DNA from: an uncultured Pseudobdellovibrionaceae bacterium
Lineage (GTDB): Bacteria; Bdellovibrionota; FAC87; UBA2466
DNA length: 64,000 nt
Assembly: GCA_964611895.1 (NCBI GenBank)
Contig: CAZTDN010000018.1
Coordinates: forward strand, 6,483 to 70,482
Reading direction: 5' to 3'
Shown piece after piece: positions 1 to 8,964 of this stretch. The notes under the pieces are model-generated. The model was not told where the DNA came from, did no database searches, and saw only the letters and a program-made list of their open reading frames with translations. The position numbers were made by a program, and so were the translations under genes. Positions within the stretch are counted from its first letter, which is position 1, and each line of letters starts with the position of its first letter.

Positions 1-1485
1 AACCATGTTTTGCGATCCGACTTTAAACTCCTGCAAAGCCGCTTTGAACTGGGCGTAGCTGCTCGCACGGTTCACACCGAGCATAGCAGCGTACTCGGAC
101 GACGGCTCGTGGCCTACCCAACGGTAAGTCCCCACCACCGCCACGTGGTTGTTGGTCATCTCAGCGATGCCATCCAAAGCTTTTTGAACTTCGGGAATAT
201 GGTCTGAAAACACCGGACCGTGTTTCCCTCGGCGAAAATCGTACTGGCGCGCACTTAAGCCCCCAAAATGGTTGCGCACCTGGATGGTTTTTTTCACCAC
301 TTCCAACGGCGAATAGGGTCGCGAACCGGTAAGCAACGGATCCCAGATCTGGGTTTTGCTATCGTCGAGCACTTCGACATAGACATCATCGACATCGGCA
401 GGGTTATTGGTCAGCCCCCAAGCGATGTCCTCGTTGTGACCGATCAATATTCCCGGCACTCCCACTAAACCAAAGCCTGCAACTTTGAGCGTCCCTCCCG
501 CTGCTTTGGAGTCGTAACTCGCGGCAAAGAAATTAAAAGGAAACGACAGTCGCAAGTGAGGATCATTGGCGAGGAAGGTCTGATTGCCACCGGCAAACTC
601 CTTGGAGACCACCCAGCTATTGCTTCCAAAGGAGGCTTTGCGACCGCATTCAGGAAACGGATAAGGCAAAGGCACACACGGCATCGGAGGGATCTGTGCC
701 TGAAGTTTTTCGTGGCGTATTTCCCCAGAGGCCTGAGCAACCGGCTCTGATTTGCGGCTCGCTTTTGAGCGGGCTTGGCGGATTTTCCAGTGATTTTGCT
801 TTTCGTCTGCGTCCAAAATGAATGTGTTGTACAGAGGCCTCAAATCCACTGCAGCCGATAAGCGGTTGGAACGAAAATCAAACCCACCTGCGATGGCCTT
901 GGTTACCTGCCCCAGTAAGAGTTTGTCCTGCAGACTGGTCGAAAGGTAAAAGGACATATTCTGACCGACAGAAACCGAATCGGAAGGCTCCCACTTGGCC
1001 GGGACATAACTCGCATCTCCCGTGATCTGGCGGTAATTTTTGAGCATCGCCGGTGCCGCTGTCGGCATCTCGTCAATAAAGCGGTTCACCCCCGCGGCAA
1101 AACCCTCAAGCAAGTGGTAGGCCTCGGGGTGCTTTTCCTGCACATAAGCCGTTTTAGTCAGCACACCGTCTTGCAACCCCACGGCTATGGAGCGACGATC
1201 AGAAGCGACGGCTTTTTCTCCAAATACTTCGGCTAAACTTCCCTTACCCAAACGTCTGGCCACGTCCATTTGGATGAATCGGTCTTTAGCCTGCTCGTAG
1301 CCCTGGTGGTAAACTAACCACCAATCAGCAGTCCCCGGGGGCGCGACCTGAACCTGGATTTTGACTTCGTTGTATGGGGTCCGCTCCACTAGGACCGTAG
1401 GCTCACCTTCCTGAAGGGAGCGAGGATCTTTTGCGCACGCTAAGACCAAAGACAGAGCTAAAATCAGACAAAGCCGGGCTGCCAT
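1..1485 (-). CDS. Penicillin amidase / acyl-homoserine-lactone acylase family (S45 Ntn-hydrolase). N-terminal ~495 aa; the 3-prime end runs off the window start.
   Basis: Hand translation of the minus strand from ATG (complement of 1483-1485). Signal peptide MAARLCLILALSLVLA. In-frame motifs FGSNSWVV (Ntn-hydrolase Ser nucleophile context, as in penicillin/AHL acylases) and HLLEGFAAGVN. The frame stays open to nt 1, so the gene continues beyond the window; track ORFs listed in this region (465-740 etc.) are in other frames. Confidence 0.55.
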   Translation of the reverse strand, partial: MAARLCLILALSLVLACAKDPRSLQEGEPTVLVERTPYNEVKIQVQVAPPGTADWWLVYHQGYEQAKDRFIQMDVARRLGKGSLAEVFGEKAVASDRRSIAVGLQDGVLTKTAYVQEKHPEAYHLLEGFAAGVNRFIDEMPTAAPAMLKNYRQITGDASYVPAKWEPSDSVSVGQNMSFYLSTSLQDKLLLGQVTKAIAGGFDFRSNRLSAAVDLRPLYNTFILDADEKQNHWKIRQARSKASRKSEPVAQASGEIRHEKLQAQIPPMPCVPLPYPFPECGRKASFGSNSWVVSKEFAGGNQTFLANDPHLRLSFPFNFFAASYDSKAAGGTLKVAGFGLVGVPGILIGHNEDIAWGLTNNPADVDDVYVEVLDDSKTQIWDPLLTGSRPYSPLEVVKKTIQVRNHFGGLSARQYDFRRGKHGPVFSDHIPEVQKALDGIAEMTNNHVAVVGTYRWVGHEPSSEYAAMLGVNRASSYAQFKAALQEFKVGSQNMV

Positions 1486-1587
1486 GAAAAACACCCCTCC
1501 CCTATATTCTCGCCGAAAGTACACGTGACAAAACACCTCGTCAACCAAAGCCAAAAGTGACTTTATCTAGTTAACTCAAATGGTTAA

Positions 1588-1926
1588 TTAAGGAAAACCA
1601 GGGGGAACGTACCCCTTGGCATCAAGCGCTTTGAGCTCGTCCAAGGTCTTGGCTCCCGGCAATGGATCCACTTTTTCGTTCGTCACGGGGTACTCTTTGG
1701 ATCCCTTTGCATTCAGTTCCAAATAGGATTGAAATTTTGCGGGGAGGTTCTCTTCAGAGAAAATCGCCTCCACGGGGCACGCGGGCACACACGCATCGCA
1801 ATTCACGCAGGTATCCGGATTGATATAAACCATTCGAGGCCCCGAATGAAACGCATCCACCGGGCAAACCGTTACGCAATCCGTATACTTACAATCCACG
1901 CAATGCTGAGTAACTACGTAGGTCAA
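1588..1926 (-). CDS. fdxA: 7Fe ferredoxin (Azotobacter FdI / FdxA type)
   Basis: MTYVVTQHCVDCKYTDCVTVCPVDAF...CVNCDACVPACPVEAIF: a [3Fe-4S] and a [4Fe-4S] Cys motif. TTG start at 1926 preceded by AGGAG with 6-nt spacing on the minus strand. Confidence 0.85.
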   Translation of the reverse strand: MTYVVTQHCVDCKYTDCVTVCPVDAFHSGPRMVYINPDTCVNCDACVPACPVEAIFSEENLPAKFQSYLELNAKGSKEYPVTNEKVDPLPGAKTLDELKALDAKGYVPPGFP

Positions 1927-2269
1927 ACTTCGCTCCTTGCTTACAGAAGGTCCGGATCTAGCATAAAATGAAGGCCTTTGCGAGACTCGGGGTGGAGGCG
2001 GCCTTTTTCCGCTCCTAGGTGGTCATTCCTTAAGCACTCCTCCACACCCCCAAATAAAACCTTTTATTTTAATTACTTACAAAGTGTTATTTTCCAAGCT
2101 TTTCTCCTCCTCGCGGCAGGCTGTTGGGTGAGTTCACACTCCCACCTCCCCCTTTTTCGCAGAACCACTGCTCAAAGCCCCCTGGTACTGCCCTTGCACA
2201 ACAGGGTCGCGGGCCTCGCTCTAAGTGCAGGCCTTTGTAGAAGTGGATGTTGTTTCCGTGGAGGATGGA

Positions 2270-3016
2270 GTGAAGAACAAGCGCACGATAAAAGGGCTGA
2301 CCTACCTGGTCTTCGCAGCCGCCCTTGTTCTGTCTACGGCTTGCGGCACGAGCAGCAGCCAAGGCATCAACCAACCCTCGAATCCCAGCGGCGGTGGTGG
2401 CGGTTCGATCCCCACAACACCTCCGGTCGATCCTCGATTGCCGGCTTGGCTCGCCGAAGCCGTGGAAATTACTCTGCCCACTTGCTCGGGCAACACGACC
2501 ATTTGCTCCAACGGCGTGAACATTTCCGGCTTGATCGATATTGCTTCGAACGTTTTAACCCCGCTGGTTTACACACGCTTTGCACTGAGCCTGGATAGTG
2601 GCCGCAATTCCAGCGCACGAGGCACGATCCACGTTGGTTTTGAAGATGGTTATGGTTTCTGGGGTGCGGATCTCAACAGCGTGGAAGGAGCAAGCTCTTT
2701 CACAGGCGGTTCCCTGGATATGATTTTTTCGGACTCCGAGCTCACTCTGCGTCTGGTCGGTAACGTTGTGAACGATGCGTTTCAGGCTGCTTCGGTTTAC
2801 TACCGTGTGCGCCAGAGCGGTGAGAATCAATGCCAGCAAGTTTCTTATACGTGCACGGTGGATTACCACGACGGCAGAGGTCCGATTGAATCGACGGCTT
2901 GCCCATCCACTCCGCCGACGAGCTTGGATACCACCGCTTGCAAGAACTACATGAACTTGGGCGTTGCAAAACGCTTGGGCGGGATCAGCGGATCGTTTTC
3001 GAAATGGATTCAGTAG
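2270..3016 (+). CDS. Lipoprotein, hypothetical (Gly/Ser/Thr/Pro-rich)
   Basis: GTG at 2270 (in frame with track ORF 2225) preceded by GGAGG. N-terminus MKNKRTIKGLTYLVFAAALVLSTAC with lipobox L-S-T-A-C, then GGGGGSIPTTPPVDP linker. Confidence 0.5.
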   Translation: MKNKRTIKGLTYLVFAAALVLSTACGTSSSQGINQPSNPSGGGGGSIPTTPPVDPRLPAWLAEAVEITLPTCSGNTTICSNGVNISGLIDIASNVLTPLVYTRFALSLDSGRNSSARGTIHVGFEDGYGFWGADLNSVEGASSFTGGSLDMIFSDSELTLRLVGNVVNDAFQAASVYYRVRQSGENQCQQVSYTCTVDYHDGRGPIESTACPSTPPTSLDTTACKNYMNLGVAKRLGGISGSFSKWIQ

Positions 3017-3021
3017 GAGTA

Positions 3022-3663
3022 ATGACCATGAACGCGTTTACATTACCTAGCCGGTTTCGGACTCTTGCGGCGGCTATCGCCACTGCGATGGTGCTTGCGG
3101 CATGTGGTGGCAGCCCGCCCCCCATTCCCCCTCCAGCTCCCACCACGGGCTCTGGATCTTTGGGAAGCGCAGGAACTTGTATTGCGGCCAGCGGAGCCTA
3201 CCCGCTCTGGTCGAGCGCCATTACCGGAACGTTAACCACGCAGAGCGGTGGCGGCGGAACGATTTCGATGAATCTGTTTTACCAAAACACCAACTCGATC
3301 TACGCCGGACAGGGCGCAGCTCCGATCGTAGGGACAGCCAACCTGTACTTGCCTCAACTCACCCAGGGATTCACCACAAACGCATCGGCCACCGGGACAT
3401 CGACACTTTGTGTTTCCACGACGACAACGAACGGCCAAGTCACTAACGGCCTGTATCTCAACTCGCAAGTCCAGCTCACTATGTATGGCACGTACCCCTT
3501 GTATTTTACTTCGAACGGCTTGAGCTTGTCGCCGACAGGCCAACTCGTCGCCCAAGGCGCCGTGCAAGCCGCGCTTCAAGGGTATATTCAAAACGGCCAT
3601 TTCACGGGCGCGATCCAGTTGCAGATGCAGAACTTGGGCAACCTGTTCATGCAATCCTACTAA
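3022..3663 (+). CDS. Lipoprotein, hypothetical; paralog-like neighbour of the previous gene
   Basis: ATG at 3022 or 3028 (AGGAG at 3015-3019 favours 3028). MNAFTLPSRFRTLAAAIATAMVLAACGGSPPPIPPPAPTTGSGS: lipobox L-A-A-C followed by a Pro-rich linker. Confidence 0.5.
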   Translation: MTMNAFTLPSRFRTLAAAIATAMVLAACGGSPPPIPPPAPTTGSGSLGSAGTCIAASGAYPLWSSAITGTLTTQSGGGGTISMNLFYQNTNSIYAGQGAAPIVGTANLYLPQLTQGFTTNASATGTSTLCVSTTTTNGQVTNGLYLNSQVQLTMYGTYPLYFTSNGLSLSPTGQLVAQGAVQAALQGYIQNGHFTGAIQLQMQNLGNLFMQSY

Positions 3664-3709
3664 ACCTTCGAAAACTGAACCGTAGCGCAATTTATTTCGG
3701 GAGAGACCT

Positions 3710-3955
3710 GTGCACGACGAAAAAACCACTGAGATAGAACTGCCCAGCAAGACCATTGCACGCAGCAACATCGTTCGGGTGAATTTCACCGAGCGACGCA
3801 AAACCAGCCGGGCCTATGCTCCAGCACGTCCCACGCCAGGCACAAACCGGCCTGTCACCGGACGCCGCCTCGTGGAAGAAGCACCCGAGCTCTCGTGGAA
3901 AGTGCGGCTCGCCGCCCTAATCGCGATCTTGGCACTCAGCCTGTTTGTGCTTTAG
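3710..3955 (+). CDS. Small hypothetical protein (81 aa) with a single C-terminal transmembrane anchor
   Basis: GTG start with GGGAGAG 4 nt upstream. C-terminal RLAALIAILALSLFVL. Convergent 4-nt overlap with the skp stop. Weak support, no homolog recognised. Confidence 0.3.
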   Translation: MHDEKTTEIELPSKTIARSNIVRVNFTERRKTSRAYAPARPTPGTNRPVTGRRLVEEAPELSWKVRLAALIAILALSLFVL

Positions 3956-4497
3956 CTCTTCTTGCCTTTTTTGCGTGAATTGAAAGCTTCAACGACTTCC
4001 TTGGTGATGTCGCGTTCGTCTTTAACGAAGAGAACCGCCCCGGAATTTTTCTCAAGGACGAGTTGGAGATTCTGCGCTTTGGCCAACCCTTGAACTATGG
4101 TGCGAAGCTCCTCAATGATGGGTTGGGTCAATTCGCGTTCGCGCTTTTGCATGTCCATTTGGGAATCTTGATAAGTCTTTTGGAACGCGGCGATTTTCTT
4201 CTGGAGCTCTGCGTTCTTTTTAGCGCGCGCGGCTTCATTCATAATCGCTGCATTTTTATCGGCTTCTTCCATTTCTTTTTGCAACGAAGCCTGGGTTTTC
4301 TCGATGAGCTGTTTCTTGGCCAGCATCTCTTTTTCAAGCTGGCTCTTGGCTTGCTTACCCGCTTCGACGTTTTGAAGCGCGAACTGCAGGTCCACCATTC
4401 CAATGTTCAACGCGCCCCCTTCTGCAGCCGCCTGAACCAGCGACACCGAAAATCCGGCTAGAAACAAACTGAGTTTGGCAAAAGATTGGAAGTTCAT
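3952..4497 (-). CDS. skp: Periplasmic chaperone Skp (OmpH family)
   Basis: 181 aa, signal peptide, long coiled-coil with K/E/Q-rich heptads typical of OmpH. Sits immediately downstream of bamA as in most proteobacteria. Confidence 0.8.
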   Translation of the reverse strand: MNFQSFAKLSLFLAGFSVSLVQAAAEGGALNIGMVDLQFALQNVEAGKQAKSQLEKEMLAKKQLIEKTQASLQKEMEEADKNAAIMNEAARAKKNAELQKKIAAFQKTYQDSQMDMQKRERELTQPIIEELRTIVQGLAKAQNLQLVLEKNSGAVLFVKDERDITKEVVEAFNSRKKGKKS

Positions 4498-4505
4498 GCG
4501 TTCTC

Positions 4506-6863
4506 CTAGAAGGGTTGCCCAATGGTAAAGTTAAACTGCGTAATTCCGCCCTTAGGAAGGATAGGATAACCCCATTCGAAACGCAAGGGACCGATCGGCG
4601 TAAACCACCGAATCCCCAAGCCTAAATTACACTTAATCTCCGGATTCTGGCGGAAAGAATCCCAGTCAAAGGCGTTGCCTGCATCAAAAAACAGCGCTCC
4701 TCGGATCTTAGCTTCTTTGAGGATCGGAAACTCAATCTCCCCCTGAAACAATAGCTGGTTGTGTCCACCCAAAACGAACTCCTGATTAGCCACTCCTGCA
4801 TCAATGGCCTTCTGAGATAGGTAACCAGAAGAAGCCGAGCTTAGCGTACGTTTGGGTCCCACACTCAAAAAAGGCTGCCCTCTCAAGTTTTGCATGCCAC
4901 CCAGGATAAACAATTCGTTGATGGGGACCGGGTTGCCCCCAAGTGGCGTGATATTTCCCACCAGCAAGTGCGAACGAAAAACAAAGTCCCAAACAATCGG
5001 CTGGAAAAACCGGATATCCGCTAAGGTACGTGCAAAATACCGATCGCCCCCTAAGCCCGCATACTCAGAAGATAATGTGTAGAAAAGACCTTTGCGAGGA
5101 TCAAAACGATCATCCCGATGATCGAAGGCCAAACTTGCCATGGCGCTACTGGTCCACCCGTTCACAGAGCTGACGGGAATAATCGATTTATCAATAATAG
5201 AACTCTGAGGTACGAGCGACTTTTCGAGTTTGTAGGTGAGATAAAGATTGGTGAACTCCATCACCTGGTGGCCCAGCTTGAAATCTGCTCCGGTTTTCGT
5301 CTCGTCAAAGGTGGGCACCCCAGGAATAGAAAACATCTGGCGGCGCTGCTGGTAGATGTCTCCCCCCATGCTCCACAGCGAAGTGCCCACAAAGGGATCG
5401 TGAAATCCGATATTAAACTGATAGAACTGCTGGCCTGTTAAAATCTCTGCAGAAAAACTCGCGACCTGGCCATTTCCCAAAAAATTGTTTTGAGAGAGCT
5501 GTGCGTTGAACGTGAATCCCACGGGACCGTTCCCGTAACCCGCTCCAATGACGAGTTGGCCCGTGGAACGCTCCTTAACCTTGACTTCAATATCGACAAT
5601 CTCATCTGAGGTTTTTGAAGCGGTCTGGTGAAACTCGACTTCATCGAAATAACCCAATCGCAAAACATTTTCTCGGCTTTCGCGTTTTTTGCTCCCGTTG
5701 AAAAGCTCCCCTTCAAAGATTTTCAACTCGCGACGCACCACATGATCTTTGGTTCGACTGTTGCCAGTGATGAAGATTTTCCCAATAAAGACACGTTGAC
5801 CTTTGTCGACTTCAAAAACCAGATCTACCGTCTTGGTGTCGTCGTGGATAACTGGCTGAGGAACAACATTAGCGAAAGCAAACCCGAGGTCTGAAAACTT
5901 TTCAGTCAGCCGCAAGGTCTCCCGGCGCAAGGTGTCCGTGTTGAACACCTCTCCGGTCTTAAGCAGCAACCCTTCTTGAAGCTCCGCTTTGTCAAAAAGC
6001 AGATCTCCCACAAAGTCGATCTTGCCAACAGAATACTCCTCACCTTCATCGACGGTGAAGGTGATGAAAATATACTTTTTGTCCGGAGACACAGTAACTT
6101 CGGGCTTTCCAAAGCTTGCCCGCACGTACCCCAAAGTGCCGTAGTAGTAGCCCAAGGTGGCAATATCCCGCTCGAAAATCGCCTCACGATACGACCCACT
6201 TCCGGTCATCCAAGAGAGCAAGTCCCCTTCGCGGGTTTGCATAAAGCCCTTGAGGGTGGAGTCAGAGACGACCTTGTTCCCAATGATATTGATCTGCTTG
6301 ACCTGAACTTTGTCGTTTTCGCGGATCTTAAAAGTAATAAAGGCTTCGTTGCGTTTTTCCTCAAGACGGATATCAAACCGAACATCGGCCAGATAAAAAC
6401 CTTTTTCTTCGTACATCTCTCCCATCTTGCTCACGGCAAGGTTGAGCTTGTGGATGTCTAGAACCTCGTACTGCTTGACCGGGATTGCATTGCGCACGTC
6501 CTCAATTTCAAGTGCATCCAGCCCCTCGAATTCGATCCGCGCAACTGTGGGACGTTCTTTGACAACATAAATCAGCTCGACCCCGGTCGGCGTGGTTTCT
6601 TCTTCCACCTGAACTTGATCAAAGTACCCCAACGAAAAAATCGCCTTGATGTCTTCGCGAATAATTTCCAGTGAAAGTGCGGAACCTTTTTTGGAGTGTA
6701 CTTTCTGCAAAATCGCGTTGGTCTCGATCTTGTGATTCCCCTGCACGGAGATTTTGTTGATTACCGGTGCAGAAGAGCGCGCAGCCCAACCCGCCGCCGG
6801 AAACCAGAGCGACAGAAAAAGCGCGGCGGAGAATAAGCGTGGAAGGTACCGATGCATGCCCAA
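4506..6863 (-). CDS. bamA: Outer membrane protein assembly factor BamA (Omp85)
   Basis: 785 aa, signal peptide, POTRA-repeat region, C-terminal beta-barrel ending in ...FNFTIGQPF (C-terminal Phe). Confidence 0.9.
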   Translation of the reverse strand: MGMHRYLPRLFSAALFLSLWFPAAGWAARSSAPVINKISVQGNHKIETNAILQKVHSKKGSALSLEIIREDIKAIFSLGYFDQVQVEEETTPTGVELIYVVKERPTVARIEFEGLDALEIEDVRNAIPVKQYEVLDIHKLNLAVSKMGEMYEEKGFYLADVRFDIRLEEKRNEAFITFKIRENDKVQVKQINIIGNKVVSDSTLKGFMQTREGDLLSWMTGSGSYREAIFERDIATLGYYYGTLGYVRASFGKPEVTVSPDKKYIFITFTVDEGEEYSVGKIDFVGDLLFDKAELQEGLLLKTGEVFNTDTLRRETLRLTEKFSDLGFAFANVVPQPVIHDDTKTVDLVFEVDKGQRVFIGKIFITGNSRTKDHVVRRELKIFEGELFNGSKKRESRENVLRLGYFDEVEFHQTASKTSDEIVDIEVKVKERSTGQLVIGAGYGNGPVGFTFNAQLSQNNFLGNGQVASFSAEILTGQQFYQFNIGFHDPFVGTSLWSMGGDIYQQRRQMFSIPGVPTFDETKTGADFKLGHQVMEFTNLYLTYKLEKSLVPQSSIIDKSIIPVSSVNGWTSSAMASLAFDHRDDRFDPRKGLFYTLSSEYAGLGGDRYFARTLADIRFFQPIVWDFVFRSHLLVGNITPLGGNPVPINELFILGGMQNLRGQPFLSVGPKRTLSSASSGYLSQKAIDAGVANQEFVLGGHNQLLFQGEIEFPILKEAKIRGALFFDAGNAFDWDSFRQNPEIKCNLGLGIRWFTPIGPLRFEWGYPILPKGGITQFNFTIGQPF

Positions 6864-6951
6864 AATTAAAAACCCTTAGCTAACCCATCGAAATGATTGA
6901 ACTTCGACAGGGCGCGATTCTAAACCGACGCGGTGCCCTTTGTAAACCAAG

Positions 6952-7650
6952 TTATCGGGCATCTTGCTGCCTTTGTAGCACCCCGTTTTGGAGCCGGTAG
7001 ACTTTGCGGTAGTTCTGCGCGAGCTCTAGATCATGGGTCACGGAGACGATCGCCGTCCCGAGCTCTCGGTGCATAGCGTGAATCATGCCAAACACCTGTG
7101 CCCCGGTAGCGGGATCCAGGTTTCCGGTCATTTCATCTGTGAGAAGAATTTTGGGCTTCATCATTAACGCACGCGCGATCGCGATGCGTTGCTGCTCGCC
7201 TCCCGACAACTCCGAAGGCTTGTGAGTTGCGCGATCCGCCAGCCCCACTTTTTCGATGAGAGAAAGCGCCCGAATGCGCGCCTCGCGCCGGCTGCTCCCC
7301 GCAATCAGAGCGGGCATCATGACGTTTTCCAAAGCATTGAATTCCACCATGAGATAATGAAACTGAAAAACGAAACCGATCTCCTCGTTTCTAAACCGAG
7401 CTAACTTCGCCTCGCCAAATCGGCTCAACTCCTGCCCCAAAAACAGAACACTCCCCGATGTGGGCCGCTCTAGCGTCCCCAAAACATGGAGCAATGTGCT
7501 CTTGCCGCTCCCACTCTTTCCGACAATCGCAATGCTGTCACCGGCATCGACTTCGAGGTTGACTTGCTTGAGCACTTCTATCGGATCCGAACCTCGCTTA
7601 AAAAATGTTCGGCTTACTTTGCTCGCAACCAAAACTGCTTTGGAATTCAT
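6952..7650 (-). CDS. lolD: Lipoprotein-releasing system ATP-binding protein LolD (ABC ATPase, MacB/LolD family)
   Basis: Walker A GKSGSGKST, ABC signature LSGGEQQR, Walker B ILLTDE, H-loop. Confidence 0.75.
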   Translation of the reverse strand: MNSKAVLVASKVSRTFFKRGSDPIEVLKQVNLEVDAGDSIAIVGKSGSGKSTLLHVLGTLERPTSGSVLFLGQELSRFGEAKLARFRNEEIGFVFQFHYLMVEFNALENVMMPALIAGSSRREARIRALSLIEKVGLADRATHKPSELSGGEQQRIAIARALMMKPKILLTDEMTGNLDPATGAQVFGMIHAMHRELGTAIVSVTHDLELAQNYRKVYRLQNGVLQRQQDAR

Positions 7651-7652
7651 TC

Positions 7653-8846
7653 CTACTCGTACCTCAACGCACCCACCGGACGGGAACGTGCCGCCGCCAC
7701 CGCCGGGATAAAACTAAATACCAAACACAAAACAAAACCCGCTCCCCCGATTAAAGCAACATCGCCTAGCCGCACTTTCAACGGAAGTCGGGTGGCATTG
7801 TAAACTGCTTCGCTCAAAAAGGAGGGTTGTACCAGTTCAATCAAACCACACGCGACATAGCCCAGAAGGATGCCGGACAGGACCCCCACCATGCCCACCG
7901 TTGCGCCTTGAAAAACAAAAAACTGCAGCACGTGTGAAAAACGCATTCCCATCGCGCGCAAAATCGCAATGTCCCGTCGCCGCTGGTGTGTGCTCATCAT
8001 CAAAAGATTAACGACATTCATCGCCGCAAGCCCTACGACGATTTGTAGGATGAGAAACAGCAGTTTTTTCTGGTGGCTCACCGCGATGAACACGTTTTGG
8101 TGGACATCAGACCATTTTTTGACATTCACCCCACGACCCAACTCCCGCTTAATATTCTCGGCAACGGTTTCGATCGTATAACCTTGGGCGACTTTGACTT
8201 TATATAAGGGCTCTAAATGGTGGCGGCGAAATAATTCGTTCAAGGCATGAATATCCATGCGCACATAGCGCAGATCGTGATCGTATATCCCAAACTTTGC
8301 AACCGCGGTTACGACAAAAGGAACCACCTTGCGAGATTTGCCTTCTGCAATCATCAAATCCACAGTGTCCCCCGCTTTGACGCCGAGTTTGTCTGCAAGC
8401 TGAGAACCCAACCAAATCCAATACGGGTTCTTCTCTTCGAGGCCCTTGAGAGGGGGCGCTCGCAAAATCACGTTCCAGGGAGTGACCTTGTCAGTAGTCA
8501 GGCGATCAATTCCCTCAATTACCACCCCGCCCACGCCGTTTTTTAGAACCATGCCCTGAGCAAGCTCTGCGGCTGTAATCGCTTCCACTCCGCTCACTTT
8601 CAAAAGCGAGGCTTCGAGATTGGCACCAAGGGTAGTGTCAGGCCGCGGAACAACAATGATTTCCGAAGAAATGCGCGTGTAGTTTTGCTCAAAAAGCTCG
8701 ATGAAACCTGTCATTACCGCCAAGACAACCATGAGCTGGATCACGCCCAATGCCACCCCCGCAACACTCACCCACAACGCAAAGGAGAGCAAATTGCCGT
8801 GCCGAGGAAGCAAGTAGCGTTTGAGCAAAGTAGCCAGGGCAGACAT
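7653..8846 (-). CDS. LolC/LolE-family lipoprotein-release permease (FtsX-like)
   Basis: 397 aa. N-terminal TM, large periplasmic domain, three C-terminal TM segments. 2-nt gap to lolD. Confidence 0.75.
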   Translation of the reverse strand: MSALATLLKRYLLPRHGNLLSFALWVSVAGVALGVIQLMVVLAVMTGFIELFEQNYTRISSEIIVVPRPDTTLGANLEASLLKVSGVEAITAAELAQGMVLKNGVGGVVIEGIDRLTTDKVTPWNVILRAPPLKGLEEKNPYWIWLGSQLADKLGVKAGDTVDLMIAEGKSRKVVPFVVTAVAKFGIYDHDLRYVRMDIHALNELFRRHHLEPLYKVKVAQGYTIETVAENIKRELGRGVNVKKWSDVHQNVFIAVSHQKKLLFLILQIVVGLAAMNVVNLLMMSTHQRRRDIAILRAMGMRFSHVLQFFVFQGATVGMVGVLSGILLGYVACGLIELVQPSFLSEAVYNATRLPLKVRLGDVALIGGAGFVLCLVFSFIPAVAAARSRPVGALRYE

Positions 8847-8964
8847 TGCGGTAAACTAACAGGCAAACTGCGGAATGAATAGGCTCGTATCATCTTGAAA
8901 CTGAAAGCTTCCTAGGCTTTTTTCTTCAAAGTGCTTTTAGCTTGCTTCATGACGCACCGAGTGA

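Noticed and set aside
1978-2598. 206-aa ORF spanning the fdxA/lipoprotein intergenic region and the 5-prime end of the lipoprotein gene.
   Set aside because: Pro/Arg/Ser-rich and no SD. It overlaps a well-supported lipoprotein start and is most likely non-coding promoter DNA.
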